From: a virus
DNA length: 64,000 nucleotides
Virus record (IMG/VR): IMGVR_UViG_3300043427_003402
Direction: 5' to 3' (one strand)
How positions within the stretch are numbered: position 1 is the stretch's first letter; each line of letters begins with the position of its first letter. Under the pieces are notes generated by a model. It saw nothing but the letters and a program-made list of their open reading frames with translations. It made no database searches and had not been told where the DNA came from. The position numbers and the translations under genes are program-made. Shown piece after piece: positions 48,440 to 56,996 of the stretch.

Positions 48440-48862
48440 TCAAATAAGCGGCGTGTTGTCGGGATTTTTAAATTCGGATAACTGAACCTCGAGCGACATA
48501 ATCTGCCGCTGCAAGCACGCGATCTCATCCGTCCTGTCCCGAAACATTCGGGTCAACGCCTTCAGTTCTTGGTCTAGCGCCACCGGGTCCTGCGCGTTCA
48601 AATGCTTTCGCACGACCCTTAACCACGCGTCGTTATCGCGCGCGGTGCTCAGCGACCGGTTCAGCTTCACAATGCACACTGCCTGCTCGTTCAACTGCTG
48701 CTCGTCGCTCGTTGCGCGGGCGTCGAGCTGTTGAATGTGCTTAAGCAGCGCCGTAATCTCGCGCTGTGCGCGCAGGCACCGTTCCTGCCAGAACACGAGC
48801 GCACCTTCGCTGGCGGGCTCGGGTGCCTCCACTACCACTGTTAACGATGATGACTGTTCCAT
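48440..48862 (-). CDS. coiled-coil hypothetical protein
   Basis: Heptad pattern; upstream ATAATT motif. Confidence 0.55.
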   Translation of the reverse strand: MEQSSSLTVVVEAPEPASEGALVFWQERCLRAQREITALLKHIQQLDARATSDEQQLNEQAVCIVKLNRSLSTARDNDAWLRVVRKHLNAQDPVALDQELKALTRMFRDRTDEIACLQRQIMSLEVQLSEFKNPDNTPLI

Positions 48863-48937
48863 GCTTGGCTGTACCCGTGTGACTACCCGCTACACAAATT
48901 ATGCGCAGCGTAGACCGCTGAAGATTGGCGGGCCTGG

Positions 48938-49564
48938 TTAATGGCCCATAGCGCCACGTGGCGCCTCCGGGGCTGCGAGTCCCGTCGTTTTACCGATTAC
49001 ACTGTCAATAAAACCTAACTCCAACGCAGTTTGGGGCGTCATAAAATAGTCGCGATCGCACAAGTCGTACATCTTCGCGTACTCCATACCGCAGTTGTCC
49101 GCCATCGTCTCAGTCAGCAACTTCTTCAAGCGCTGAATTTCAGCACTTTGAATAAGAATGTCTGTCGCTTGTCCCTTTGCGCCACCCAATGGTTGGTGTG
49201 CCATAATGGTTGCGTTAGGCGTTGAGTGACGCTTGCCCTTCGCACCCGCAGCCAAAAGGAAACAGCCCATGGAGCAGGCCTGCCCTACGCAGATGGTCGA
49301 GACGTCTGCGCGCACCAAGTTCATCGTATCGAAGATGCCCAGCCCGGCGGTAACCGAACCGCCAGGTGAGTTGATGTACATCATGATGTCCTTATGCGGA
49401 TCCTTATAATCCAAAAACAACAACTGCCCAATCACGATGCTCGCCATCGCGTCGTCGATAGGGCTCGTGATCATGACAATCCGCTCGTCCATGAGCCGGC
49501 TCCACAAGTCCATAGACCGGTCGCCGTTTGCCATGCGTTCTAAGACCATCGGTACCAGCGGCAT
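48938..49564 (-). CDS. clpP: ATP-dependent Clp protease proteolytic subunit
   Basis: SRLMDERIV, YINSPGGSVTAG, ACSMG (Ser), AHQP (His), DRDYFM (Asp). Confidence 0.95.
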   Translation of the reverse strand: MPLVPMVLERMANGDRSMDLWSRLMDERIVMITSPIDDAMASIVIGQLLFLDYKDPHKDIMMYINSPGGSVTAGLGIFDTMNLVRADVSTICVGQACSMGCFLLAAGAKGKRHSTPNATIMAHQPLGGAKGQATDILIQSAEIQRLKKLLTETMADNCGMEYAKMYDLCDRDYFMTPQTALELGFIDSVIGKTTGLAAPEAPRGAMGH

Positions 49565-49685
49565 GTTAACTCCTTATTACGTAGTCAAGTGTGTGCGAAG
49601 TATTCGACGTAAGCGAGTGCGCTAAGTGCAAAACCAACTAAAGCCCCGAACACGACAGGGAGCAGCTCGAGAAAAAGCTCGGTCT

Positions 49686-49838
49686 TCAAGGCTTGCGCTC
49701 TTTCAGCTGGCTAAGGTCAACGAAGCCGTCCGCCTCGGTGCCTGCCTGCGTGTCCGACTCGGTGACCCCGCGCTTAATCATGCCCTCGGTGTCCGAGTCG
49801 GGGAGCGAAGCCGCCTTGTCAAAGCCGGTTTTCTCCAT
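49686..49838 (-). CDS. 50-aa acidic hypothetical protein
   Basis: ATG 1 nt after the upstream stop; MEKTGFDKAASLPD... Confidence 0.45.
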   Translation of the reverse strand: MEKTGFDKAASLPDSDTEGMIKRGVTESDTQAGTEADGFVDLSQLKERKP

Positions 49839-49839
49839 G

Positions 49840-50466
49840 TTAGCGGCCGCCCTTCCGCTTCTTGGGACGGGGCGCGCCTGCAGGTTTTGCAGCAGGCTTG
49901 GGGGCAGGCGCCTTCGCCGGGGCCGGAGCCGCTGCCGCCTCCACTAGCTCCGCCACCTCGGTTGCCAGCGTATCGGCGCTTTCCGCTTCGGTGGTTTCGG
50001 GGGCCGTTGTCGGTTCCTCCGCAAGTGGCTCGGTAGGCGCGTCGGGCGCGGGGGCAGCTGCGCTCCGGGCAGCTTCGGCCGCCATCATGCGCAACGCTTG
50101 CTGTGCCGCGTCCTGCAGCAGCCCCACAAACACGTGGGTGTTAACTAAGCCAGGCTGAAAGTTAAAGTCGACCAAAGGCCGCTGACCCGCGTTTAGCAGC
50201 GCAACCCGAAACGCGTCGGTTTCACGCGACTCCGCGGTGGCGAACTGGCGCAGAACGTCGGGGATAGTACTGCGGATGGTCAGCACCGGCGCAGTGCGCA
50301 CACGCTCCAGCAAAAACTGCTTTGCGAACTCGAGCATGATCAGGCGTACGTTCTCGTTGCTGTCGGTCGCGGTGCCGCGAACGTAGAAGTTGCCCTCAGC
50401 ATCTACCGACAGCACCTCAGCACCTGCCGGCGTGCGCAGTGTGAAAATCTTATCGGCTTGGCTCAT
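49840..50466 (-). CDS. hypothetical protein with Ala/Pro-rich and basic tail
   Basis: ORF with AAGGAG RBS overlapping the upstream gene. Confidence 0.6.
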   Translation of the reverse strand: MSQADKIFTLRTPAGAEVLSVDAEGNFYVRGTATDSNENVRLIMLEFAKQFLLERVRTAPVLTIRSTIPDVLRQFATAESRETDAFRVALLNAGQRPLVDFNFQPGLVNTHVFVGLLQDAAQQALRMMAAEAARSAAAPAPDAPTEPLAEEPTTAPETTEAESADTLATEVAELVEAAAAPAPAKAPAPKPAAKPAGAPRPKKRKGGR

Positions 50467-50821
50467 TCTTTGCTCCTTTACTCGTACTGTACGCGCTCAT
50501 AAACTTCTGCAGCGCTGCGATGTCTGACTTGGTCTTGTCGGCGGACGAACCTGCCGGCTTGTTGTAAGGGAACGCGCGGTTAAACGCACTGCTGAGAACA
50601 TCTTGGACTTGGTTCAATAACGTGTCTCTGCCGTCGCCAGCAGCCGCCCCTACAAAGGTCGCGTAAATCTTAGCATAAAGTTCATCAAACTGAGCTTCGT
50701 GTTCTAACAATAAAGCACGCTGCAAATATGTGTCGCGGGCAGACCCTCGCGGGGGCAGGTCAATCCCGCGAAGCGCAAGTTTGCTTCGCAGGCTGCCCCA
50801 CGGGGTCTTTAGAAGTTTCCC
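50450..50821 (-). CDS. -1 frameshift extension of 50809-52035 (GT-like portion)
   Basis: Frame is -1 relative to the upstream gene and open from GGGAAAC (50815-50821) to the stop at 50450. Confidence 0.65.
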   Translation of the reverse strand, partial: GKLLKTPWGSLRSKLALRGIDLPPRGSARDTYLQRALLLEHEAQFDELYAKIYATFVGAAAGDGRDTLLNQVQDVLSSAFNRAFPYNKPAGSSADKTKSDIAALQKFMSAYSTSKGAKNEPSR

Positions 50822-52035
50822 ACCATGGCGGGCTCCGCAGCCTTGAAGGTGCGTAGGCGCCAGATGTTGCCGGCCCGGACATAGAGGTAGAACAGGGGCA
50901 TGGGCAGCTCCATCAGATACGCGACGCGGTCTTCAAAAGCGCTATCGTCCGTGAACCGCTGGCGCTGGTCGCCCCGGAACTCTGTGGCCAACAGGGCCAG
51001 CGTCTCGATGTCTTGGGCGCGCGGGCGGAGGATCATGCCGTTGTTCTCTTTGCGCACTTCACGCGTAAGGTTATCGGCCCACTCGCGGGCGCGGTCGACC
51101 TGTTCCATTCCGGCGTTAGTAAAGAACACTTTGCCTTGGCCGTTAAAATACCGCACTTCAGACAGTACTTTACAATTGGTGGCCAAGTCCTCGCACAGGT
51201 TCAGCAGCTCCGCCTCGGTGTAGTGGTCCGCAAGGTTTTCGGCGCAAACCTCCTCGATCAAACTGTCCATTCGCCGAATCTGCTCGAGCAGGATCCGGTA
51301 AGCGCTGTCGGAGTAGTCTTTAAAGAAGGCGGCCATCAGCTTGGTGCGCGCGGGCGATGGTAAGTTTTTGTGGTCTTCGGTCAGCGCCTTGAACGGGCTG
51401 TTGCCGGAGCCGTCGTCGTCCAACGCATACGCGGCGTGCACCCTGGCCTCGTGCTCTGCGTAGTAGGTGATCGAATAGTCTTTCGCCGTCCCGATGAACT
51501 CCTGCTCCCACTCGCGCTTGGCGTCGTTCTCTGCGAAGGTCGTGCTGTGTATCGCCACTTTGCGCTTCGCGTTAAACAGTGGCACGACCATGGAGAACGC
51601 GCCGGTTTCCAGCAACTCTTTCATCGCGCGCTCCCGTTGCGCGGGGCTGAAGGCGTGGGGGTAAGACAGGGACAGGCGCTCGCGAGTCAGTTCACAGTGC
51701 TTGTGGTCCGACTCCTCGAACAGGCCGGCGCGCTCGCACACCGGGCACGCACGTTCAAGCGTACGCCAAATTTGAAGGTCGATGGGTACGGCGGTGAGCG
51801 CAGCGTCGAACCCTTCCGCGTGGACTTCCACCAAGTCGTCCTCGAGCAGGCGTACGCACTCGACATCGGGGAGCGTCAGCTTCGGTGTGCCGGGCGTGGC
51901 GTCGGCGGGAGCCGCCGGTAAAATTACCAACTTGTCACGGTTACTGACGCGCAGGCGCGTAAAGTTTGCGCCCTTCGCGTGGAGTGTGTTGCCGGTAATA
52001 AACTCCGCCGAACCGGACCATACTTTTACTAACAA
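50809..52035 (-). CDS. putative tail assembly chaperone (G-like)
   Basis: Ends MVGNF* with in-frame G GGA AAC slippery heptamer; function inferred from the G/GT arrangement. Confidence 0.5.
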   Translation of the reverse strand: MLVKVWSGSAEFITGNTLHAKGANFTRLRVSNRDKLVILPAAPADATPGTPKLTLPDVECVRLLEDDLVEVHAEGFDAALTAVPIDLQIWRTLERACPVCERAGLFEESDHKHCELTRERLSLSYPHAFSPAQRERAMKELLETGAFSMVVPLFNAKRKVAIHSTTFAENDAKREWEQEFIGTAKDYSITYYAEHEARVHAAYALDDDGSGNSPFKALTEDHKNLPSPARTKLMAAFFKDYSDSAYRILLEQIRRMDSLIEEVCAENLADHYTEAELLNLCEDLATNCKVLSEVRYFNGQGKVFFTNAGMEQVDRAREWADNLTREVRKENNGMILRPRAQDIETLALLATEFRGDQRQRFTDDSAFEDRVAYLMELPMPLFYLYVRAGNIWRLRTFKAAEPAMVGNF

Positions 52036-52224
52036 AGTTTGGCTCCTTTCTTAATTAGAAATTTACATTTTTAATTAAAATTTAATGTTACGAATTGTTA
52101 AGACTTGCCCGGCCCTAAAGTTGCTGCCGCGAAGCATACCTGCAACTGCGTTTTGACCGATTTTAATAATTGATCTTAGCAGAATTTTATGGAAATAATA
52201 GTGCGAAACTAGCGAGGGCTGAAA
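52036..52224. promoter_or_regulatory. AT-rich divergent control region at the strand switch
   Basis: Genes diverge from here; visibly AT-rich. Confidence 0.5.
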
Positions 52225-52587
52225 ATGTACGTGCTTTCTGTGCACACCCCAGACCAAGTTATAGACTACCCTTTACGGGAAAAGTCATTAAAGAACATCA
52301 AGATTAACGCTGGTGGTGCGACAAATTGGATTATAGCCACGCCTTCTGAGTTCTACAGCGTGCCTTCGACGCAGCTGTGGTGTGTGAAAGACTCGGTGGG
52401 CCAATCAGTATCTGGCGTAGAGCTTATACGCGACAGCAGTACCGCCGAAGAACTAGAAGCGCTCGCAAAGCTGCTGCGGGAAGGCCTAGCCGCAGCAGAG
52501 TGCCCCTTCTCTCGCGTAGGCACCGCGAAGTCGCTTCTTGAAAAGATAAATGTTTTAATCAAAGAAACGGGCACGCAGGCCACCTAG
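52225..52587 (+). CDS. hypothetical protein
   Basis: GAGGG RBS, ATG. Confidence 0.6.
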   Translation: MYVLSVHTPDQVIDYPLREKSLKNIKINAGGATNWIIATPSEFYSVPSTQLWCVKDSVGQSVSGVELIRDSSTAEELEALAKLLREGLAAAECPFSRVGTAKSLLEKINVLIKETGTQAT

Positions 52588-52617
52588 TAGCACTATAAAG
52601 AAAGTGAAGGAGCGCGG

Positions 52618-53007
52618 ATGCAAGAAATCACAAAACTACTTGGCGAGATTACCCCGGGCGAATGGTTATATATAAAGAATGAGGAGTCCATCAGCGTCTG
52701 TGTTGCCGACGCCGAAGGTGACGAGAACCAGGCTCGTGTGTTCATGGAGGTAGGTGGGCGGTCTATTGCTGAAGCAGAGGCAAACGCTAAGCTTGTCATG
52801 CTCGCGCAATCGGCTATCCCTACTGTACTCGACGCCAATAGCAAGCTGAGTGCTGCGCTGACCGCCGCGTTGAACATCCTTTCCGTGGCTGAAGTGTCGG
52901 TGCCCCAAGAAGCGGCAGGCGCTTGGCAAGAGCTGAACGACAGGTTGACGGCACTGAACATCACGGTTGAAGCGCTTGAAAGTTCTAAAGATGGCGCTAT
53001 CGCGTGA
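52618..53007 (+). CDS. hypothetical protein
   Basis: AAGGAG RBS; TPGEW...EAEANAKL pattern common in phage proteins. Confidence 0.6.
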   Translation: MQEITKLLGEITPGEWLYIKNEESISVCVADAEGDENQARVFMEVGGRSIAEAEANAKLVMLAQSAIPTVLDANSKLSAALTAALNILSVAEVSVPQEAAGAWQELNDRLTALNITVEALESSKDGAIA

Positions 53008-53914
53008 AGTTTTAGCGGCGCTAAGCGATCAGCACGTCGTCTCGCAAGAAACGGACAAGCTGATCACGCGGTACTGCACCACGCTACGGACTGACAAGTC
53101 CAACGCGGGCACCGCGATTACGTTCCTTAAACAATACACCTTGTGGTTGCGCTCGCGGGGGCTAGACCTGCAAGAGTCCAACATGGCTGTGCTGGAACGC
53201 TACACAGACTTGCTGAACACTTGCGGGTTCACCCTGTCGCGTAAAGCTGACCGCCTGCTCCGTATCGTCAAATTCTTAGACTGGTGTAAGCACCATAACT
53301 TCCTCGTGTGGGACAGCGCCGGTAAGCCGCTCTCGAAGGACGACCTACTTAGCCGGGCGCCTTTCAACGTCGAACCAGAACCGCCAAGTCCCGGCGTCTA
53401 CAAAACCGCTGCCGACGCGCTGGCGCGGGGTACAGTAGAGCGCGGGTTTGCAATCTTCCGGCAGAACGGGGCATCGTACGCCGCGTTTACCCAGCTCCCG
53501 ATAAAAGACCTAAATTTACACTCTAGGCTGCGGATCACATTCCCTGGCGGTGTCATCGAGACGCCAGAGTTTGCTGACCGGCAGGACGTTCTTGCATTCC
53601 TTAATAAGGAAGCTAAATTAAACCTAACCGAGCCGCTCCCATCGCATATTCAGGCGCGGGCGGTGTTTGCCCGCAGCGGTACCGTGGCGGCCGCAATGAA
53701 CGGGCGGTACGACGCGTTAATCAAGATCGTTGCCGTGTACGCTACGACACAGGACCCCGATGTCGCGTTATTCGCCGAACTGCACGCACCTTCGCGTGGC
53801 AACCGGTACAAAAAGTGTAAATGGCTCAGCGCCGGACGACAGGCGCTCGCAGCGGTAGGACGCATGTCCTCGTCCCAGATCGTCGCGTTATACAGGGAGC
53901 GCTTACCATGGTAA
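52991..53914 (+). CDS. protein with integrase core-binding (SAM-like) N-terminal domain
   Basis: LWLRSRG...ERYTDLL..CGFT...RLLRIVKFLDWC resembles Xer/Int N-terminal helices; no clear RHR-Y motifs; start taken at ATG 52991. Confidence 0.4.
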   Translation: MALSREVLAALSDQHVVSQETDKLITRYCTTLRTDKSNAGTAITFLKQYTLWLRSRGLDLQESNMAVLERYTDLLNTCGFTLSRKADRLLRIVKFLDWCKHHNFLVWDSAGKPLSKDDLLSRAPFNVEPEPPSPGVYKTAADALARGTVERGFAIFRQNGASYAAFTQLPIKDLNLHSRLRITFPGGVIETPEFADRQDVLAFLNKEAKLNLTEPLPSHIQARAVFARSGTVAAAMNGRYDALIKIVAVYATTQDPDVALFAELHAPSRGNRYKKCKWLSAGRQALAAVGRMSSSQIVALYRERLPW

Positions 53915-54657
53915 CCTACACCCGATCACGAAACGCAGTCTTCTTTACGGTCGACAAGACCCTTCGGCGCTTTAAACTGTCCGCCGCCCAGAAGCACGTT
54001 GAGTTGTACGGCATGGCGCCACCTGTCCCTGTTGAAACAGGCGAGCAAGAGGTTATTGAGCCGGTCGCAAAATATATTGCGCGGCTCTGTAACGAGCGAA
54101 AAGCCGTGCCGATTATGCTCGACACCGCGCCTTACTTGGAGGCTCAGCAGCTGAGCGCGGGGCAGTACGAAGCTGTCATAGACGAGCTTAAAGATATTTT
54201 AGGGGACTTTGGCATCAAAGATGTAAGGCACTACACCTGCGCGCACGCGCCGACCGAGATTCCCATCGTGGACCCCAGTAGCTTTGCGAAAACACGGTAT
54301 GAGTACAGGCCCAACTGCGAGTGCCGGTTTCCGAACAACGGGCTAATCCGGCGTGCGTGTTCCGAAAATGGTATCCGTTCCGCAGTCGACAAGTTTGGCA
54401 AGTTTGCAGTGTTCGCGCCCTCCGTTATGATCGGGTCAAACCAAGACGAGCGCGAAGCGTCGATCATGAAATGCAACATGTCATTCATTTGGGCAGAAGC
54501 TATCATCGACGGCTCTATAGATTGGGAAAGCCAGATCGACCACACGCACCTTAAAGCAGCGCGCGAAATTCAGAAAGAAGCTAAAAGACTCGGTAACTCG
54601 ATCGGCAGCAAAATTGAAATTTCACGTGCCGCGCAAGACATGTTACCTACAAATTAA
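53908..54657 (+). CDS. GmhB/HisB-like HAD-fold protein, degenerate active site
   Basis: AVFFTVDKTL, YTCAHAP, CECRFPNNGLI, SVMIGS; start ATG 53908 after GGGAG. Confidence 0.6.
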   Translation: MVTYTRSRNAVFFTVDKTLRRFKLSAAQKHVELYGMAPPVPVETGEQEVIEPVAKYIARLCNERKAVPIMLDTAPYLEAQQLSAGQYEAVIDELKDILGDFGIKDVRHYTCAHAPTEIPIVDPSSFAKTRYEYRPNCECRFPNNGLIRRACSENGIRSAVDKFGKFAVFAPSVMIGSNQDEREASIMKCNMSFIWAEAIIDGSIDWESQIDHTHLKAAREIQKEAKRLGNSIGSKIEISRAAQDMLPTN

Positions 54658-54676
54658 CAACTAAACGTGTTTGTTA

Positions 54677-54705
54677 TTGACTTGATAATACCAAACAACT
54701 AAACT
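54677..54705 (+). promoter_or_regulatory. sigma70-type promoter
   Basis: TTGACT-17 nt-TAAACT upstream of 54746. Confidence 0.6.
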
Positions 54706-54745
54706 CGGTGCAGTTTCGGTGACATAATTAGGAGGTCTCAACAAC

Positions 54746-55039
54746 ATGGCGTTTGCAGAAAACGAAGCCAAAGCATTTTTGATGGACCTGGTAAAGAAGC
54801 CCGAATTTCCGGCCGCTGCGATTGCCACGGTGTATCGCGAAGTCATTACCTTCCATAATGAAATGTTTCCGTGCGATCCCGTGGAAGCGGAGCTGAAGCG
54901 CAAAAAGCGTCGTCGCGCGGGCCCAAGCTGGCCAATCGACGCAGGTCGTCAAACTTCGGCCCAGCGTACAGTTGCTGCCGCCGACCCGGATCAGGCCTCG
55001 TTGTTTGACGCCATGGAAACTGAGCCTGTAAACGCTTAA
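54746..55039 (+). CDS. hypothetical protein
   Basis: AGGAGG RBS, own promoter and terminator. Confidence 0.7.
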   Translation: MAFAENEAKAFLMDLVKKPEFPAAAIATVYREVITFHNEMFPCDPVEAELKRKKRRRAGPSWPIDAGRQTSAQRTVAAADPDQASLFDAMETEPVNA

Positions 55040-55057
55040 CGCCGTATACCCTCTCAC

Positions 55058-55098
55058 AAAATGCACAAGGGCCGAGCTGTTCGGTCCTTGTGCATTTT
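55058..55098. terminator. bidirectional terminator hairpin
   Basis: AAAATGCACAAGGGCCGA...TCGGTCCTTGTGCATTTT. Confidence 0.75.
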
Positions 55099-55112
55099 GC
55101 GCATCCGCCCCC

Positions 55113-55141
55113 TTGACACATAACCTAAAACCGCTTAAGAT
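55113..55141 (+). promoter_or_regulatory. sigma70-type promoter
   Basis: TTGACA-17 nt-TAAGAT. Confidence 0.7.
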
Positions 55142-55180
55142 GGGACCCTATTAGGCCCCCATTGCACTAGAGGACTTCAA

Positions 55181-55726
55181 GTGAGAGTTTTGGTTGCGTG
55201 TGAGTACAGCGGGCGCGTGCGTGACGCGTTCATACGAAAAGGCCACGACGCAGTCAGCTGCGACATTTTGCCCACCGATGTACCCGGGCCTCATTTAAAC
55301 TGTGACGTGCGCCTAGTCCTTGATGACGGCTGGGATTTAATGATCGCGCACCCACCATGCACGCATCTGGCCGTGAGTGGTGCGCGCTGGTTCGCTGATA
55401 AGCTGGAGGAGCAACAAGCGGCTATTGAGTTTTTCATGACGCTTGCCAGTGCGCCGATTAAAAAAATTGCAATCGAGAACCCGGTCGGAATTATGTCGTC
55501 AAAGTGGCGCAAGCCCGACCAGTACATCCAGCCTTGGGAGTACGGCCACGGTGAAACTAAGAAGACGGGCCTTTGGCTCAAAAATCTGCCGCTGCTAGTA
55601 CCGACCAACATCGTTGACGGCCGGGAAAACCGGATTCATCGCATGGCACCGTCGGATGATAGGTGGAAGCTGCGTTCTTTAACTTATACAGGAATCGCGG
55701 AGGCGATGGCGGAACAATGGGGCTGA
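55181..55726 (+). CDS. small DNA cytosine methyltransferase-like protein
   Basis: VLVACEYSG (motif I-like), HPPC catalytic motif, IENP. Confidence 0.8.
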   Translation: MRVLVACEYSGRVRDAFIRKGHDAVSCDILPTDVPGPHLNCDVRLVLDDGWDLMIAHPPCTHLAVSGARWFADKLEEQQAAIEFFMTLASAPIKKIAIENPVGIMSSKWRKPDQYIQPWEYGHGETKKTGLWLKNLPLLVPTNIVDGRENRIHRMAPSDDRWKLRSLTYTGIAEAMAEQWG

Positions 55727-55749
55727 TTGCTGCAGGAAGGAGGCGTTAT

Positions 55750-55908
55750 GTGGCGCTACAAAAACACAAGCTTAGTCTAAGCGAAGAACAGTGGGGAGCT
55801 CTAAGCGCGGAGAGCAAAAGAAAGCACACATCGGTAAGCGCGCTAGTCAGAGAATTGGTAGAAGATTGGTTGACGGGTTTGCGAAAGGAAGCAAAAGAGA
55901 ATGACTGA
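55750..55908 (+). CDS. CopG/ribbon-helix-helix DNA-binding protein
   Basis: GTG 55750 after AGGAGG; KLSLSEEQW.AL...SVSALVRELV. Confidence 0.7.
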   Translation: MALQKHKLSLSEEQWGALSAESKRKHTSVSALVRELVEDWLTGLRKEAKEND

Positions 55909-56989
55909 CACATTGAACACCTTGTCGCCGCTGGGGCAGCTCAAGCAAATGGCGGTTAGTAATCTGAACGGTAAAGCGGTACCTACCGCAGACGCCCTGC
56001 TGAACCGTGCGCACCGTGACGCGACAGACCGCGGCCTAGTCTTGGTGGGCTTGCGCAGTGAAGTTATTTTGGCGCCGACCGGGCCGCAGTCGCTCTGTAT
56101 CGTCAAGGTCACGGTACAAATGAAGTCGCTCTACGAAGCAGGCCAACCGATCTATGAGTTTGAAGGTTTGGGCGACGCCGACTCGACAACTGGTGGCCGC
56201 GTTAACGGTAGGCTGCTGGCCTTGGCTGAGACGCGTGCGCGGACCCGTGCGCTGGGTGCTGCGTTGAACGCGGATGAAGAGGCCAGCCATCAGAGCGTAC
56301 CCTCGGCGGCGGCCGCGGTTGGCGCGTACAACCCGAGTGCCGGCGCGTTCAATCCAGGTGCTGCAATGGCGGCAGCGGCGTCTGTGCCTCAATCTGCACC
56401 AGTAACTGCAAGCGCGCCCGGGCAGTATCAAGGCTTTCAGAACGGCATCATCCCGTTCGGTAAGCACAAAGGTAAGCACCTGACCGACCCCAGCATCGCG
56501 TTGAGCGACCTCTCGTGGATGGTCAACTCATTGACGATGCAAGACAAGGTCACCCCGGATGCGGCCAAGCGGGCTGACGCGCAAGCAGAGATCAACCGGC
56601 GCACTGGTGGCCCGGTTCAAAGCAGCGCACCTGCGGCTTTTGCCCCGCCGGCTCCCAGTCCTGCAGCCAACGCACCGGTGGCTTTCCCGTCGCCTGCTCA
56701 GTCCGTTGCGCACATGCCGGCTCCGGCGCCGAGCGTACCGGGTACAGGTGTTTTCCCCAACGCGTTGCCTACTAACGTGACGATCACTCAAGTACTTCCG
56801 AGCGCCGCAGCCGCTGCACCTGACACGGCGACTTTGGTGCGGTTGGCGCAATCGGCAGCCATGAGAGGTTACGACTGGCCCGCTTTTGAAAAAGTGATTG
56901 CGCAAGTGTTTAACGCCTCTCTTAACCAGTTGAGCCCGGTGCAGGTTCAGCAGGTTGAGCAATGGTTGACCTCGTTAGCCGCAGCGTAG
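55901..56989 (+). CDS. Rad52/Sak-like single-strand annealing protein
   Basis: FEGLGDA...LALAETRARTRAL; PFGKHKG module; Pro/Ala linker. Confidence 0.6.
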   Translation: MTDTLNTLSPLGQLKQMAVSNLNGKAVPTADALLNRAHRDATDRGLVLVGLRSEVILAPTGPQSLCIVKVTVQMKSLYEAGQPIYEFEGLGDADSTTGGRVNGRLLALAETRARTRALGAALNADEEASHQSVPSAAAAVGAYNPSAGAFNPGAAMAAAASVPQSAPVTASAPGQYQGFQNGIIPFGKHKGKHLTDPSIALSDLSWMVNSLTMQDKVTPDAAKRADAQAEINRRTGGPVQSSAPAAFAPPAPSPAANAPVAFPSPAQSVAHMPAPAPSVPGTGVFPNALPTNVTITQVLPSAAAAAPDTATLVRLAQSAAMRGYDWPAFEKVIAQVFNASLNQLSPVQVQQVEQWLTSLAAA

Positions 56990-56996
56990 GTGGTGT

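Noticed and set aside
52991-53914. Functional tyrosine integrase or prophage boundary
   Set aside because: No recognisable R...HxxR...Y catalytic motifs, att sites or flanking host genes.
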